Shown here in pieces: positions 54,182 through 63,872 of a stretch of 64,000 nucleotides of DNA. The translations under genes and the position numbers were made by a program. The DNA is from a virus. The notes under the pieces are model-generated. The model did no database searches and was not told the origin of the DNA. It saw only the letters and a program-made list of their open reading frames with translations. Numbering within the stretch: position 1 is the first letter of the stretch; every line of letters starts with the position of its first letter. The DNA lies in IMG/VR virus record IMGVR_UViG_3300028563_000011, positions 1-64,000 of that record, one strand, 5' to 3'.

Positions 54182-55156
54182 TTAGAAACCGTACGTAACC
54201 GTGCAACGACAGTTAATTCTCTCAGCGGCTGAAGCGGAAGGGTCGCCTGGGTACATTAACTGTTCTCCGGAAGGAGTTTCAAATGGTGTATCTATACCTT
54301 GAACCGTTTGACCATCCATATCTTGATGGGAATGTCGAGTACGATTACCGGGGGTTGCGTTCCAAGTCTTGGAAACATCGTCGCCACTCATTCCGGCAGA
54401 GTCTAAAACTTGTTGCATAGCTTCTTGTCTGGCCAAAGATAAAATGGATAAGGACTCGGTCCTAGCTATAGTCTCAGCCCTATAATTCAACATTTGCTCG
54501 CGATAACGATCAACCATTCGATCAATTTGATCAGAGGTTAAAGAGTTACCCGTGTCAATAACGCCTTGAACTGTACCATCAAAGCGACGATCTCGTAATT
54601 GACGAGTTAAAGCGTCAGCAGAGCCTTGTTCTAACAGAGTTCTATAATTATCAACAGCTGAAAGCTGATAGGGAGTTAATCCAATAGAGTCAACAAGCTG
54701 TCTTGCTGTTTGTCTTACACCTTGACCTTGACTTAGCCCATTAGCCAAGATCTGGCGAGTATTTGCAGTTTGGTCAGCTGTAAAATTCTGTATAAAATCC
54801 AAACGCGAAGATCTCATCAAAGCAGAAGCCCGTTCATTTGTAGAATCAAATGAAACAGTTGGTTCTGCCTTAGCTAAAGTGGGAGTAATATGAGCCTTTT
54901 CGCCTAATTTATCTCTCAAGTACGAAACTTCTTCATTAGCTATATCGATAAATAACTGAGGTAAGATATTCCCCAAGCGAGTTATAGCGTTTTCAATTAA
55001 CTGATTGACTCTCTCAAACTTACCTTGATCCAAAAGGTTGTGTATAGCGTTATGAGTTTGTGGAGACTGAGCCTCATCTACAAATGCTAAAATTGTACGT
55101 TTGAATTTATTAGTGGCCCAACTGTGTAAATTTATAGTCCTAACCTGATCCGACAT
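54182..55156 (-). CDS. MuF-family minor head protein
   Basis: RAETIARTE, K.W....RTR.SH, YPGDP....E.INCRC. Confidence 0.92.
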   Translation of the reverse strand: MSDQVRTINLHSWATNKFKRTILAFVDEAQSPQTHNAIHNLLDQGKFERVNQLIENAITRLGNILPQLFIDIANEEVSYLRDKLGEKAHITPTLAKAEPTVSFDSTNERASALMRSSRLDFIQNFTADQTANTRQILANGLSQGQGVRQTARQLVDSIGLTPYQLSAVDNYRTLLEQGSADALTRQLRDRRFDGTVQGVIDTGNSLTSDQIDRMVDRYREQMLNYRAETIARTESLSILSLARQEAMQQVLDSAGMSGDDVSKTWNATPGNRTRHSHQDMDGQTVQGIDTPFETPSGEQLMYPGDPSASAAERINCRCTVTYGF

Positions 55157-55861
55157 TCAACCCCCAGCTTCTTTCGATAAATCTCCAAGCATTTTCTTTT
55201 CTTGCAAAGACTCAACATTCTTTTGTTGCTTTACACGATCTTTAAGAGCAGCGTCAAGTTCACTAATTTTAGCCCGAGTAACCGCTAAAGCATCGATAGC
55301 TTCTATAGTTGGCTCCTTACCCGCAGCCTTTTTTAGGTCTATGACTTCAAGCATCATAGCTAATTCACGGTTTGTTGCATCCAATTCAGCTTGCATAGCT
55401 GCTGTCATATTGGAATTAACTAATGTATGAATCACATCTAATTTATTTGTTGTAACTTTACCTTGAACTATTAAAGTGGTATTAGTAAGGATCGCTTGCT
55501 CAGCTAACCTAGCTTGTGCATCAAGCAAGTTCTTAGAAGATGTAGCGGCAACAGTTGCTACCTTTTTATTTTCTTCCAGTAATTTCTGGGCTGCAATAGC
55601 AGCTTGACGAGCTACTTCTTCTTGGTGTTCATAAAGAACTTTAGCGTCTTCTTTTTGAACGGCTGCAACAGCATCTAAACGCGCCCAATCTTCTTTGCGT
55701 TCGGCACTACGAATTGCTGCATCTTGAGCTTTCTCAGCAGCTTTAGCTTTGGCTAAAGATTTAGCCATAAGCCAAGGAGCGACAACACTTGTTAACATAA
55801 CAGGAACAGCAACAAGTAAAAGCGGGGCAACACTCTCAACTATTGTTGGATGATCCAACAT
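55157..55861 (-). CDS. N-terminal TM plus coiled-coil protein
   Basis: KLD.IH.LVNS.MT motif. Confidence 0.75.
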   Translation of the reverse strand: MLDHPTIVESVAPLLLVAVPVMLTSVVAPWLMAKSLAKAKAAEKAQDAAIRSAERKEDWARLDAVAAVQKEDAKVLYEHQEEVARQAAIAAQKLLEENKKVATVAATSSKNLLDAQARLAEQAILTNTTLIVQGKVTTNKLDVIHTLVNSNMTAAMQAELDATNRELAMMLEVIDLKKAAGKEPTIEAIDALAVTRAKISELDAALKDRVKQQKNVESLQEKKMLGDLSKEAGG

Positions 55862-55866
55862 TTAAC

Positions 55867-56016
55867 TTAAAATCGACCTAATAAGATTAAGATCAATACA
55901 ACAACTAAAACAAGACCTAAACCTCCACCGCCCCAAGCTGGTCCACCAGAGTAATAACCTCCCCCACCGAATACAACTAAGAGTACAATGATAAGTAAGA
56001 TTGTACCTATTGACAT
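55867..56016 (-). CDS. DUF3309-like small membrane protein (not in track)
   Basis: MSIGTILLIIVLLVVFGGGG...GGGGLGLVLVVVLILILLGRF; TAATG overlap. Confidence 0.8.
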   Translation of the reverse strand: MSIGTILLIIVLLVVFGGGGYYSGGPAWGGGGLGLVLVVVLILILLGRF

Positions 56017-56531
56017 TATACCCTCTCTAGGAGTTCTTTAGTCCAGCCTGACATGGAAGTAACCCTACCCTTCAATTCAGGGAGGTAGGTTTCCCAAGCT
56101 TTACGGTGGAGTATTGCCTCATCCCAAGAACCCGGTAAATCGAAATGGGCACGATTTGGATCTAAAGGCACCCCAGTTAGAACAACACTCTGGCACAATT
56201 TCAAACCAACAAGTGTTGCAATTAACCCGGAAGAGCCACCATTACAAGGGATACGTTGAACAGGAAATTTAGTCTTATGATGAATTGTAGCTCCACGAAA
56301 CACTGACGACCAAAACGATGTTACGTCTGGGTAGCCAGCTTTCTTACGAAGATCAATCCAATGTGGAAACAAATCAATATGATAAGACACCCAGTGATCA
56401 AAAGCATCTGGATAAGACACACCAGCACTATTAATGGCAATAATACAATCAAAACAATAAAGTCTTTTAGCTTCTGCAACCTCTTCCCAAACGCCACCTG
56501 CGCTGCCAATAACAAGGGCACAGTTAAGCAT
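56016..56531 (-). CDS. sugar-transferase-like Rossmann protein (Maf/DUF115-like)
   Basis: ALVIGSA...IAIN...GGSSGL.A....VVL.GVP. Confidence 0.6.
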   Translation of the reverse strand: MLNCALVIGSAGGVWEEVAEAKRLYCFDCIIAINSAGVSYPDAFDHWVSYHIDLFPHWIDLRKKAGYPDVTSFWSSVFRGATIHHKTKFPVQRIPCNGGSSGLIATLVGLKLCQSVVLTGVPLDPNRAHFDLPGSWDEAILHRKAWETYLPELKGRVTSMSGWTKELLERV

Positions 56532-56859
56532 CTTTCACTTTATCTTTAGCAGAAAACGCCATCAACGGCCACAACTGTCTAATAGCATCCTCGTAAGCAA
56601 ACTGCTGACCTAGAGCAAAATTATAGTTTTCCGAAGACATCGGAGCACTTTTACCAATAACAACAAACCCATTCTTCATAATCAACATACAAATTGAAAG
56701 TACCTCTAAAGAAGCTAGAGCCGTATTAGGAGCATACGGAATAATATCTTTACCATTGAGATCAAACTTATAAGCAATTTGATCTTCAATGTCCTTCAAA
56801 GCAATCCGCGGTGCCTTAGCAAACTTTGCGGATTGCTTATCCGTTTCGTAAATGCTCAC
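56524..56859 (-). CDS. Phage_gp49_66-family protein (Acb4-like nucleotide sponge candidate)
   Basis: PRI....I...I...L.IC.L...NGF.V.GKSA....NY...LG...A.E.AI.QLWPL. Confidence 0.8.
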   Translation of the reverse strand: MSIYETDKQSAKFAKAPRIALKDIEDQIAYKFDLNGKDIIPYAPNTALASLEVLSICMLIMKNGFVVIGKSAPMSSENYNFALGQQFAYEDAIRQLWPLMAFSAKDKVKDA

Positions 56860-56860
56860 C

Positions 56861-57031
56861 TTAACCTCGAACAGGAGGGCCGTACACCTGCCAACCCAAG
56901 AGAAGGAAGAGTATAAAAACTAAAACAGCGTTACCTGCAAATACGTAAGCTCCCACCACTCCTACATAGGAAAGCACCCCGAAGACAAACCAAATAAGCA
57001 TTAAAACCCAAAACATTAAACCACGGGCCAT
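56861..57031 (-). CDS. 56-aa two-TM protein (not in track)
   Basis: AGGAGG RBS; MARGLMFWVLMLIW...LLLGWQVYGPPVRG. Confidence 0.8.
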   Translation of the reverse strand: MARGLMFWVLMLIWFVFGVLSYVGVVGAYVFAGNAVLVFILFLLLGWQVYGPPVRG

Positions 57032-57043
57032 CACACCCTCCTA

Positions 57044-57310
57044 TTACTTATTGGGGAACGGTTTGCCATCAGAACTTACACCTGTTCCAGACTTGCCAAG
57101 TTCAGGTTGGATCTGCATACCCCCACCCTTGACTTCTGTCCCAGGTAAGTTGGGTTGGACCTGCATATGAACAACGTCAGGGCTTTCCGGGTGATCCGTA
57201 ACATGATCCCGAGGAACAGTGATTTCCGAACCATCACCTAAATGAATTGTACGTGTATGCTGATCTTCTTTAACCAGCATAACCTTTTGTCCCTTATAGT
57301 AAACAACCAT
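57044..57310 (-). CDS. hypothetical protein
   Basis: AAGGAGAG RBS. Confidence 0.75.
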   Translation of the reverse strand: MVVYYKGQKVMLVKEDQHTRTIHLGDGSEITVPRDHVTDHPESPDVVHMQVQPNLPGTEVKGGGMQIQPELGKSGTGVSSDGKPFPNK

Positions 57311-57405
57311 GGGTTTCTCTCCTTTGAAGAGATGCTACCGCCCAACAATCAATTTGATTTTGATTTGTATACTACGTTTCTCGACATTGGTAAAGCACTA
57401 AATTA

Positions 57406-58248
57406 TTACGACAATTGTTTCCACAAAGTCCCATCAACAAGCTCTTTTTCATTCCATTGCTGATACGCTAAAGCATGTACCCACTGAGTACGATCTGGAT
57501 AAAGCGGAGACTCAATCTTGGAGAAATCAGTTTCTCCTACCAAAGCAGCTGCCGACATTGGGTCTACAAAGACAGGACAACCCATCATAACAGCTTCCAC
57601 TGCTGCTATAGACCCATGCGTCACAAGAGCATGAGCTTCTCTTAATTGATCATCCAACGGAACTCTTGATTCTTTATCTCGAACTATAATTTCTCTTGTT
57701 GTGTATTTCCTTAACTCAGTAACTGTACGGCTGACCCAATTACGATCTGCAAATACATCCCAGTAATCAAACCCTGTATCAGCTACTAGAATATGCTTAC
57801 CCCAATGCCAAGGCCAAGGATAAGCCTGACTAACTCCCACACTTGTATTTACCTCATGAAGTTTTAAGGCTTTCCATCGATCATCAGGAACCGCGTTAAT
57901 AACTTGCATCTGATAGTCATTTAACGTCCAACGATAGTACCCGCCTGGAACTCCCAATTCGTGTCCAGTAGGCATCCATGTTGCAAACACACGTCTTAGG
58001 TATCCTCTATCCCAAAATATAAAGTTACGACCACGTAACTTCCATTCTGCAAAGTTCTGACGAAACTGAGGCGAAACCCCAACGATAGGTATTACCTCAT
58101 CTGGAAGAGTTTTGATCTTCTCATAGTCATGACGAATGATACTACCACCGCAAGCTATTATCTTTTTACCAATATCTTCAAATAGATGGAGCTTAAACTT
58201 TCTTAGGTTTGGCGGGATAAACAGACAAACTTGCTTTGGATCGATCAT
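57406..58248 (-). CDS. GT-B glycosyltransferase-like (KpsS/KpsC-like) protein
   Basis: DRGY; ALVTHGS.AAVEA...G.PVF; LAY.QW. Confidence 0.75.
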   Translation of the reverse strand: MIDPKQVCLFIPPNLRKFKLHLFEDIGKKIIACGGSIIRHDYEKIKTLPDEVIPIVGVSPQFRQNFAEWKLRGRNFIFWDRGYLRRVFATWMPTGHELGVPGGYYRWTLNDYQMQVINAVPDDRWKALKLHEVNTSVGVSQAYPWPWHWGKHILVADTGFDYWDVFADRNWVSRTVTELRKYTTREIIVRDKESRVPLDDQLREAHALVTHGSIAAVEAVMMGCPVFVDPMSAAALVGETDFSKIESPLYPDRTQWVHALAYQQWNEKELVDGTLWKQLS

Positions 58249-58423
58249 ATTTTAACCACTCTTCTTTTATTCGCTCTGGATCCACTTTCCACAGAGTACA
58301 AAGATCTCCGTGAACCATCTCTACTCCCCATGGACGTAATCGATCTATCATAGCTCGAATATCTTGACCGCACAAGCCTGGACAAAGTCTCAACAAATCA
58401 TACATGGAATAGACTTTAGACAT
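58193..58423 (-). CDS. hypothetical protein
   Basis: overlapping operon gene. Confidence 0.5.
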   Translation of the reverse strand: MSKVYSMYDLLRLCPGLCGQDIRAMIDRLRPWGVEMVHGDLCTLWKVDPERIKEEWLKYDRSKASLSVYPAKPKKV

Positions 58424-59129
58424 TCAAAACTGCACCACCGTATTTCCATAAGGTACTCTTGGAGATTGGTTCCCAAACCAAATGCTGGTTAGAATTAAAC
58501 CAAGCAAATTTCTCCCCTACATAGAATTTCCGCTTCTCAAATATTCGCTTCTCACAACCAAATACCATAAAAGGATAATCAGTAAAGTACAATAAGTGCG
58601 AAGGACCACCTAATACAAAAAAGTTCATCGTAGCACCAGCGTATAACGCCATACGCTCGTGAAGATGAATAGGTTTTACTGAGTAATCTTCAATAACCAA
58701 AGCCCCAATATCAGCCGCAAATCCACGCCATAATTTCTCATCTGAATTACGCCAAGGCTCTTGCTTACTCTTACGTAAAGTCACCGTAAAATCAACCTGT
58801 TTTGGAGGAAGCACTGTCTTAAGTCTAGGAAAGTTATAATCTGGCTTGTAGTTCTCTAAGAACTTACTAAAACTTGCCGTTCCTTTAATTTGACCTTCTT
58901 CCCCATTCACACACTCCCGACAAGGTAACCCAGCAAGGGCGGGACCAGGGAATAGTATACTCTTTGCTCGCCGCCTTACATCTTGTAAGCCCCACTCAAA
59001 CATAAGCATGGGGCTAATAGTTTTAGTTTGCAGGATGATTTCGGTAGCCCCTTGAGCCTTTACATGAACTAACCAAGTAAAGAAATCAAAACAAGGTTGG
59101 GCTTCTCGTAAATCATATTTAGCCAACAT
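58416..59129 (-). CDS. glycosyltransferase-like protein
   Basis: VTLR......RNS...W; RMALY..A.MN.FV..GP. Confidence 0.6.
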   Translation of the reverse strand: MLAKYDLREAQPCFDFFTWLVHVKAQGATEIILQTKTISPMLMFEWGLQDVRRRAKSILFPGPALAGLPCRECVNGEEGQIKGTASFSKFLENYKPDYNFPRLKTVLPPKQVDFTVTLRKSKQEPWRNSDEKLWRGFAADIGALVIEDYSVKPIHLHERMALYAGATMNFFVLGGPSHLLYFTDYPFMVFGCEKRIFEKRKFYVGEKFAWFNSNQHLVWEPISKSTLWKYGGAVLNV

Positions 59130-59130
59130 C

Positions 59131-59808
59131 TTATACCCAATTCTCCTTTACCCATTTCAAGTGAAGTAAATCCACAGGATTACGCTTACCTACAAAAGTC
59201 ACAATACGCGCATCCACTGGCAACTGATCATCTTTTGGCCATTCACGCTTACGATACACGTATATACCACTTTTGGGTCCAACAGGCCAACCTGGCGCTC
59301 CGGGTAATTTATGCCAAAGCCAACCTTGATCATCCGGCCACTCATAGCGCGGAATATACTCAACAGCCTCCAAAGAGAAATCATCCCAAACACCCGGGTG
59401 TTCCCCAACCCTTACCATAACCAAAGCCCCGTTATAGGGGCAAGGGTTAGATACATTGGCTCCTTGTAGGATAACAAAAGGCTCAGGTCTATCAAATAAA
59501 GGATCAAGAGGACCCGTTATCACAGAATCTAGATCAATACCAACAATTCTATCATCAAACTTATACTTCTTCTGCCATTCAGGTGAAAACATTTGTAGGC
59601 GTATAAAACACCCTTTACCCAACAAATAAAACGACTCCTCAGGAATAGTAAAGACATTATCTATCTCAGGGGATTTGAGAAAAGACTCATCAGTAAATAC
59701 TGAGAACTTATACGGCTGTGTAATGTGCTTCCTTAAGCTTCTTGCAAGAATATGGACGTACGCAGGAGAATATTTGACGCCCCAAAACCAAGTTATGATA
59801 TTAAGCAT
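59131..59808 (-). CDS. GT-A (GT8-like) glycosyltransferase
   Basis: WG.KY...YV..L; IDLD.VITG; YNG; DQ.W; IV.F.G...P. Confidence 0.85.
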   Translation of the reverse strand: MLNIITWFWGVKYSPAYVHILARSLRKHITQPYKFSVFTDESFLKSPEIDNVFTIPEESFYLLGKGCFIRLQMFSPEWQKKYKFDDRIVGIDLDSVITGPLDPLFDRPEPFVILQGANVSNPCPYNGALVMVRVGEHPGVWDDFSLEAVEYIPRYEWPDDQGWLWHKLPGAPGWPVGPKSGIYVYRKREWPKDDQLPVDARIVTFVGKRNPVDLLHLKWVKENWV

Positions 59809-60340
59809 GAGGAGGATCCATCAAAGCAACCCATTCTTTAACACCAGTATTCCAAGTCCGCTTTACCTCAAACCCGTACTTAGCGAATTCCTGATGCCAC
59901 CACTCACCAGGGTTTACGATCAAATGACTATTACGCCCATCTGAAAGCCAACGTCGCTTTGTAAACTTACAGGAAATAACAACAAATAAAAGTTTCTTGG
60001 TAGCTACAACTAAATCCAACATCACATCGTGTAAACATTCGGGTTCAATATGCTCCATAACATCAAGACAAGTTACAAGATCTGCTGTATTTGTCAAACG
60101 ATCCTTACCCTCAACAGCTGGGTCATATTCAAGTACAGTAAAGGGCAACGGTGGGCGAATACGCTTTATTTCTTTTGCTAGTTCTCCTTTACCACAGCCA
60201 TAGTCAAAGACTGTAACACAACGCTCAATTAGAGCAATACCTGTAACAAGGTAAGCCCACTTACCCGAATTACAGGCGTACTCTTGATCCTCAGCGTGCA
60301 GACGACGCTGCTCTTCTAGGTATTTCTGAGTGATTAACAT
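59801..60340 (-). CDS. class I SAM-dependent methyltransferase
   Basis: DYGCGKG, YDPA, D.VTC.DVMEHIEP, N.HLIV...WW. Confidence 0.9.
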   Translation of the reverse strand: MLITQKYLEEQRRLHAEDQEYACNSGKWAYLVTGIALIERCVTVFDYGCGKGELAKEIKRIRPPLPFTVLEYDPAVEGKDRLTNTADLVTCLDVMEHIEPECLHDVMLDLVVATKKLLFVVISCKFTKRRWLSDGRNSHLIVNPGEWWHQEFAKYGFEVKRTWNTGVKEWVALMDPPHA

Positions 60341-61053
60341 AATCCCGCCAATTCTTGTTTAGACATTTTGTGAACTGCTCCCCAATGGGTATCTACCCAA
60401 TCCAGGTGACCTAACTTACGAGGGTCCCGCCGTCCTGGGAATACAACAAGCCTTGCGTTCTCGGGTAAATCATCTCCAGAAGGCCAGTGTTTTTTCTTAA
60501 AGCCGTACACCCCTTGTTCAGGACCCCACTCACAAGCATTAGGGAGCATATGATGTAACCAAGCTTGATCATCAAAGATTGAGTGCTTTGGTACTTTGTG
60601 TAAAGCCTCTAACGAAAACTCATCCCAGACATCTTGATAATCTCCCGCCTTAAACATCCAAAAGGAACCATTGTATGGGTTAGGGTTTGTTGAATTAATA
60701 CCTTGTAATATAGCAAACTCTTCATACATATCAAACAAAGGATCAAGTTGACCTGTAACAATTGAGTCAATATCTAAATTAACAACCTTCTCCCCCTTCT
60801 TTATGCTGTGAGCTTCCAACCATTTCCAATCAAAAAGCCTCATCCTAACAATACATCCAGGCTCTTGTAGTAATTGCGGGTCGGCTATATTCCAACGGTA
60901 GCACCCTGGGAGAAGAATGTTATTATTTTGAGCGTCAGTCACAACGTGAAAAATGAAAGGCTGTTTTATGTTACGGACTAAAGCCTTACGCAACTTCATC
61001 AAGAAGTAAGGCTTGTACTTGTTCCCCCAAAACCAAGAGACAATATGAATCAT
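60334..61053 (-). CDS. GT-A glycosyltransferase (paralogue of 59131-59808)
   Basis: LDID, NPYNGS, DDQAWL, VVFPG. Confidence 0.85.
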   Translation of the reverse strand: MIHIVSWFWGNKYKPYFLMKLRKALVRNIKQPFIFHVVTDAQNNNILLPGCYRWNIADPQLLQEPGCIVRMRLFDWKWLEAHSIKKGEKVVNLDIDSIVTGQLDPLFDMYEEFAILQGINSTNPNPYNGSFWMFKAGDYQDVWDEFSLEALHKVPKHSIFDDQAWLHHMLPNACEWGPEQGVYGFKKKHWPSGDDLPENARLVVFPGRRDPRKLGHLDWVDTHWGAVHKMSKQELAGLC

Positions 61054-61193
61054 TCTATATCTCTTCTATTTCTACCATTTAACCACTCAGTATTTTCCCA
61101 CCATTTCATCCACTCACTACGGGCTATACGGGAGGGACGATTAACTTTAACCCCATTTATCAAAACCCAATCTGGATAAATTTCGATGATCAT
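61050..61193 (-). CDS. 47-aa hypothetical protein (not in track)
   Basis: ATGA overlaps at both ends. Confidence 0.6.
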   Translation of the reverse strand: MIIEIYPDWVLINGVKVNRPSRIARSEWMKWWENTEWLNGRNRRDIE

Positions 61194-61972
61194 GTCAGTA
61201 ACCCCAAGGCACTACGATACACCTGGTCGATACTAATCGCCTTCATCGCTTCTATACAGTGGCTGCATCGGCTAAGGGAGCCGCAGGGCTCTGTCCCGCC
61301 CGTTAAGTTGACATTGGTAGGGTAGCCCAAGATTTTTGGATCAGTGAAGCCCCCAAAGAGAACAACCGCCTTTACACCCAACGCCGCTGCACCGTGTGCT
61401 AACCCACCTTCAGGACCTATATATAACTTAGCCTGAGAAAGAGCGACTAAAGCCTGACGGAAGTTCTTAGTTACAATTGGCTTCACCCCAGGGAACATGG
61501 TTGTATTGTAGTGATTGGTATCATACATAAATTGACAAACAGTAAACCCTGCCCGTAACAACATCTTGGCTACTTGTTGATAACGCTCGTAAGGCCATTG
61601 TTTGTTAGGATAGACCGGTTTTACCCGAGGCTCTATCAGTACATACCTCGGCTTTATTTTTCTTGCTAATTCACATTCGGCTTTATTAAAGAAAATCTGA
61701 CCCGGTATTGCTCTAAAATTGGGGTCGTAAACCCAGTTAGCTCCCTGAGTGCTCTTACTAAAATAAATACGGTTATGTTTATAGTGCGCTATCCATTCTA
61801 AGTCAGGAGCTCCTTCACTACCAGGAGGCGCTATATTAGGGTTATTCCTATAAATCAGTTCACCAGTTTGAGCCCACAAGATAGTACGTCCGTCACCAAA
61901 AGCAATACGCTTACCACGATCACGTGCGCCTCTGGCCAAGCCTGTACCCAAAATTTCGTCACCGTAACCCAT
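61190..61972 (-). CDS. GT9-family (heptosyltransferase-like) glycosyltransferase
   Basis: MGYGD, NKQWP, LYIGPEGGLAHGAAALG...VVLFG, C..AM..I. Confidence 0.88.
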   Translation of the reverse strand: MGYGDEILGTGLARGARDRGKRIAFGDGRTILWAQTGELIYRNNPNIAPPGSEGAPDLEWIAHYKHNRIYFSKSTQGANWVYDPNFRAIPGQIFFNKAECELARKIKPRYVLIEPRVKPVYPNKQWPYERYQQVAKMLLRAGFTVCQFMYDTNHYNTTMFPGVKPIVTKNFRQALVALSQAKLYIGPEGGLAHGAAALGVKAVVLFGGFTDPKILGYPTNVNLTGGTEPCGSLSRCSHCIEAMKAISIDQVYRSALGLLT

Positions 61973-62158
61973 TTAGACAAAGTCTTTTTCATCAGCTACA
62001 AAAACTTTCACCTCAGTATTAAAAGTCTTGGTAGGGGTATTTTCTTCATCATCAAGCCCCCGAGCATACCACCACAAACTATTCTGTATCATAATTTTAA
62101 GATGTTCTGGTTTAAGTTCATAACTATCTGGTACTTGAATAGAGATTCTAAGGTTCAA
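61973..62158 (-). CDS. hypothetical protein
   Basis: AGGAGG RBS, TTG start. Confidence 0.5.
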   Translation of the reverse strand: MNLRISIQVPDSYELKPEHLKIMIQNSLWWYARGLDDEENTPTKTFNTEVKVFVADEKDFV

Positions 62159-62682
62159 GTCAACCTCCTAGGGTACATCAAAGCCACCCACTCATCCTTC
62201 TCAAATTTCCAGACGGCTTTAACACTAAATTGTCTGTCTACCCTAGCTCGCCACCACAACCCCGGTTTGACGATAAGATGTGCATTAGACCCATCGGAAA
62301 GTAACTTACCTGCTGGACGAGTTGAAATTACAGCAAAGAGCGCAACCTTAGTTAAGGAATGTAAATGCTCAAGTACATTATCTAGTAAATCAGGCTCAAT
62401 ATGTTCTAATACATCTGTACAAATAACTAAATCACAAGGCTCAGGAAGATTTGATTTTTCTTCTATGGCTGGGTCATATTCTTCAGCAGCAAGATAGTAC
62501 CAACTCAAAGCCTTAGCTAAAGCCCCAGCCCCACAGCCATAATCCAAAATTGATTGTGCCTTGAGATACCCCTTTAGATAAATGATAGGGGTGACCCAAC
62601 GATCACCCCGTTCACCGTACCCGCCTAGTAAGTGTAGGCGCTTTTGTTCTTCCAAATACTCGGAAGATATAAGATCAAGCAT
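62155..62682 (-). CDS. class I SAM-dependent methyltransferase (paralogue of 59801-60340)
   Basis: LDYGCG.G, DVLEHIEP, NAHLIV. Confidence 0.9.
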   Translation of the reverse strand: MLDLISSEYLEEQKRLHLLGGYGERGDRWVTPIIYLKGYLKAQSILDYGCGAGALAKALSWYYLAAEEYDPAIEEKSNLPEPCDLVICTDVLEHIEPDLLDNVLEHLHSLTKVALFAVISTRPAGKLLSDGSNAHLIVKPGLWWRARVDRQFSVKAVWKFEKDEWVALMYPRRLT

Positions 62683-62700
62683 CCTGCTTTAACCTATAAT

Positions 62701-63051
62701 TCAATACTTCACCCATTCCTGGGGTAACTTACAGTTCCTGGTAGCACTAGCAAACATAGGAGCAATATCCTCGTCCTTGTAACCAGCTAACCCACAACCG
62801 ATTCTAGTAACATTAAACTCTAAATCTTCATGTATAGCCGCGTACAACAAGAAATCTGCAACGTAGCACTTTATAGCCGCTAAAGACAACGGACGTAGCG
62901 TGCTATCTTTTGTAGGGATTGCATAAGCATTACCTGTACGTCCTACCCAAGCACCATAAACAGCCCCATGATGTTGTCGAGCATGTAAAGCCGCTCCCGC
63001 CCCGTGCCTACCTTTAAGGTTTGAACCAAACACAAATATAGAATTACTCAA
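62701..63051 (-). CDS. A1S_2505-like (macrodomain-like) phage protein
   Basis: IFVFGSN..G.HG.GAA..A...YAIPT...VTRIGCGLAG. Confidence 0.8.
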   Translation of the reverse strand: MSNSIFVFGSNLKGRHGAGAALHARQHHGAVYGAWVGRTGNAYAIPTKDSTLRPLSLAAIKCYVADFLLYAAIHEDLEFNVTRIGCGLAGYKDEDIAPMFASATRNCKLPQEWVKY

Positions 63052-63078
63052 TGTTTATAACCTCTATTTTAAGGTACT

Positions 63079-63555
63079 TCACTCAGTTTCATCTTTCTCA
63101 ATCCTTGCAGGTTGCGGACCGGATTCTTGATCCTGGTACTTACCTTTATAGGGCTGAATTGTGGGTTCATCTAATTGCTCGAATATTACTTGAGCAATTG
63201 GCGTACCCGCATCTAAGTAAATCCACTCTTTTGTTTCGTTGGATAACTCCAAGGTAAGAAAGCCTCTCCAAACAGGCTCACCAATTGTATTTTGTACAAA
63301 CAAACCCTTACGAGCCCAAGATGATTTATCATGAACACGCATTACTAAAAAGGATGGGATAAAGAACTGTTCTAAAGTCGCCCCTAATGTGTAAGAACGA
63401 GGAGCAAGATTAACCATAGCTCCTAAACGAATATCATAACCTGCTGAGGACAAACCGTAGCTCATCCCACTAGGATGTACCTTACGATCAGTAAAGGGTG
63501 AAATTAAACTGGACTCAAGACACAACTTACGTATTGACTGCGCGCTTAAGATCAT
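63079..63555 (-). CDS. dcd: dCTP deaminase / trimeric dUTPase family
   Basis: SYGLS.AGYDIRL, KSSWARKGL, EP.W.G.LTLE, PY.GKYQDQ. Confidence 0.88.
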   Translation of the reverse strand: MILSAQSIRKLCLESSLISPFTDRKVHPSGMSYGLSSAGYDIRLGAMVNLAPRSYTLGATLEQFFIPSFLVMRVHDKSSWARKGLFVQNTIGEPVWRGFLTLELSNETKEWIYLDAGTPIAQVIFEQLDEPTIQPYKGKYQDQESGPQPARIEKDETE

Positions 63556-63872
63556 AGCCCTTCTCTACCTTCTTTGATCAAAGACAACAACTTCCAAGAA
63601 GCTATACCTAATATTTGCGACCTTAAAGCCAAACCTTCATTCCAATCTTCATCTACAAAGTAATGGATCTTAGAACCACAATCATCATTTAGATCATAAG
63701 GGCAAAAGATTTGTACAAGTACTCCTCGTCTAACTTTAGCAAAAATTAAGTACACCTTTTTAATCTTGATACAATACTCAGAAATATCCATTATCTTTAA
63801 TGGTTTAACGGAAGGTTCTTTAGGGTCTCCAGAATCATACAATCCCATATCATACGTAGTAATATCTATCAT
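63552..63872 (-). CDS. hypothetical protein
   Basis: ATGA overlaps. Confidence 0.6.
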   Translation of the reverse strand: MIDITTYDMGLYDSGDPKEPSVKPLKIMDISEYCIKIKKVYLIFAKVRRGVLVQIFCPYDLNDDCGSKIHYFVDEDWNEGLALRSQILGIASWKLLSLIKEGREGL

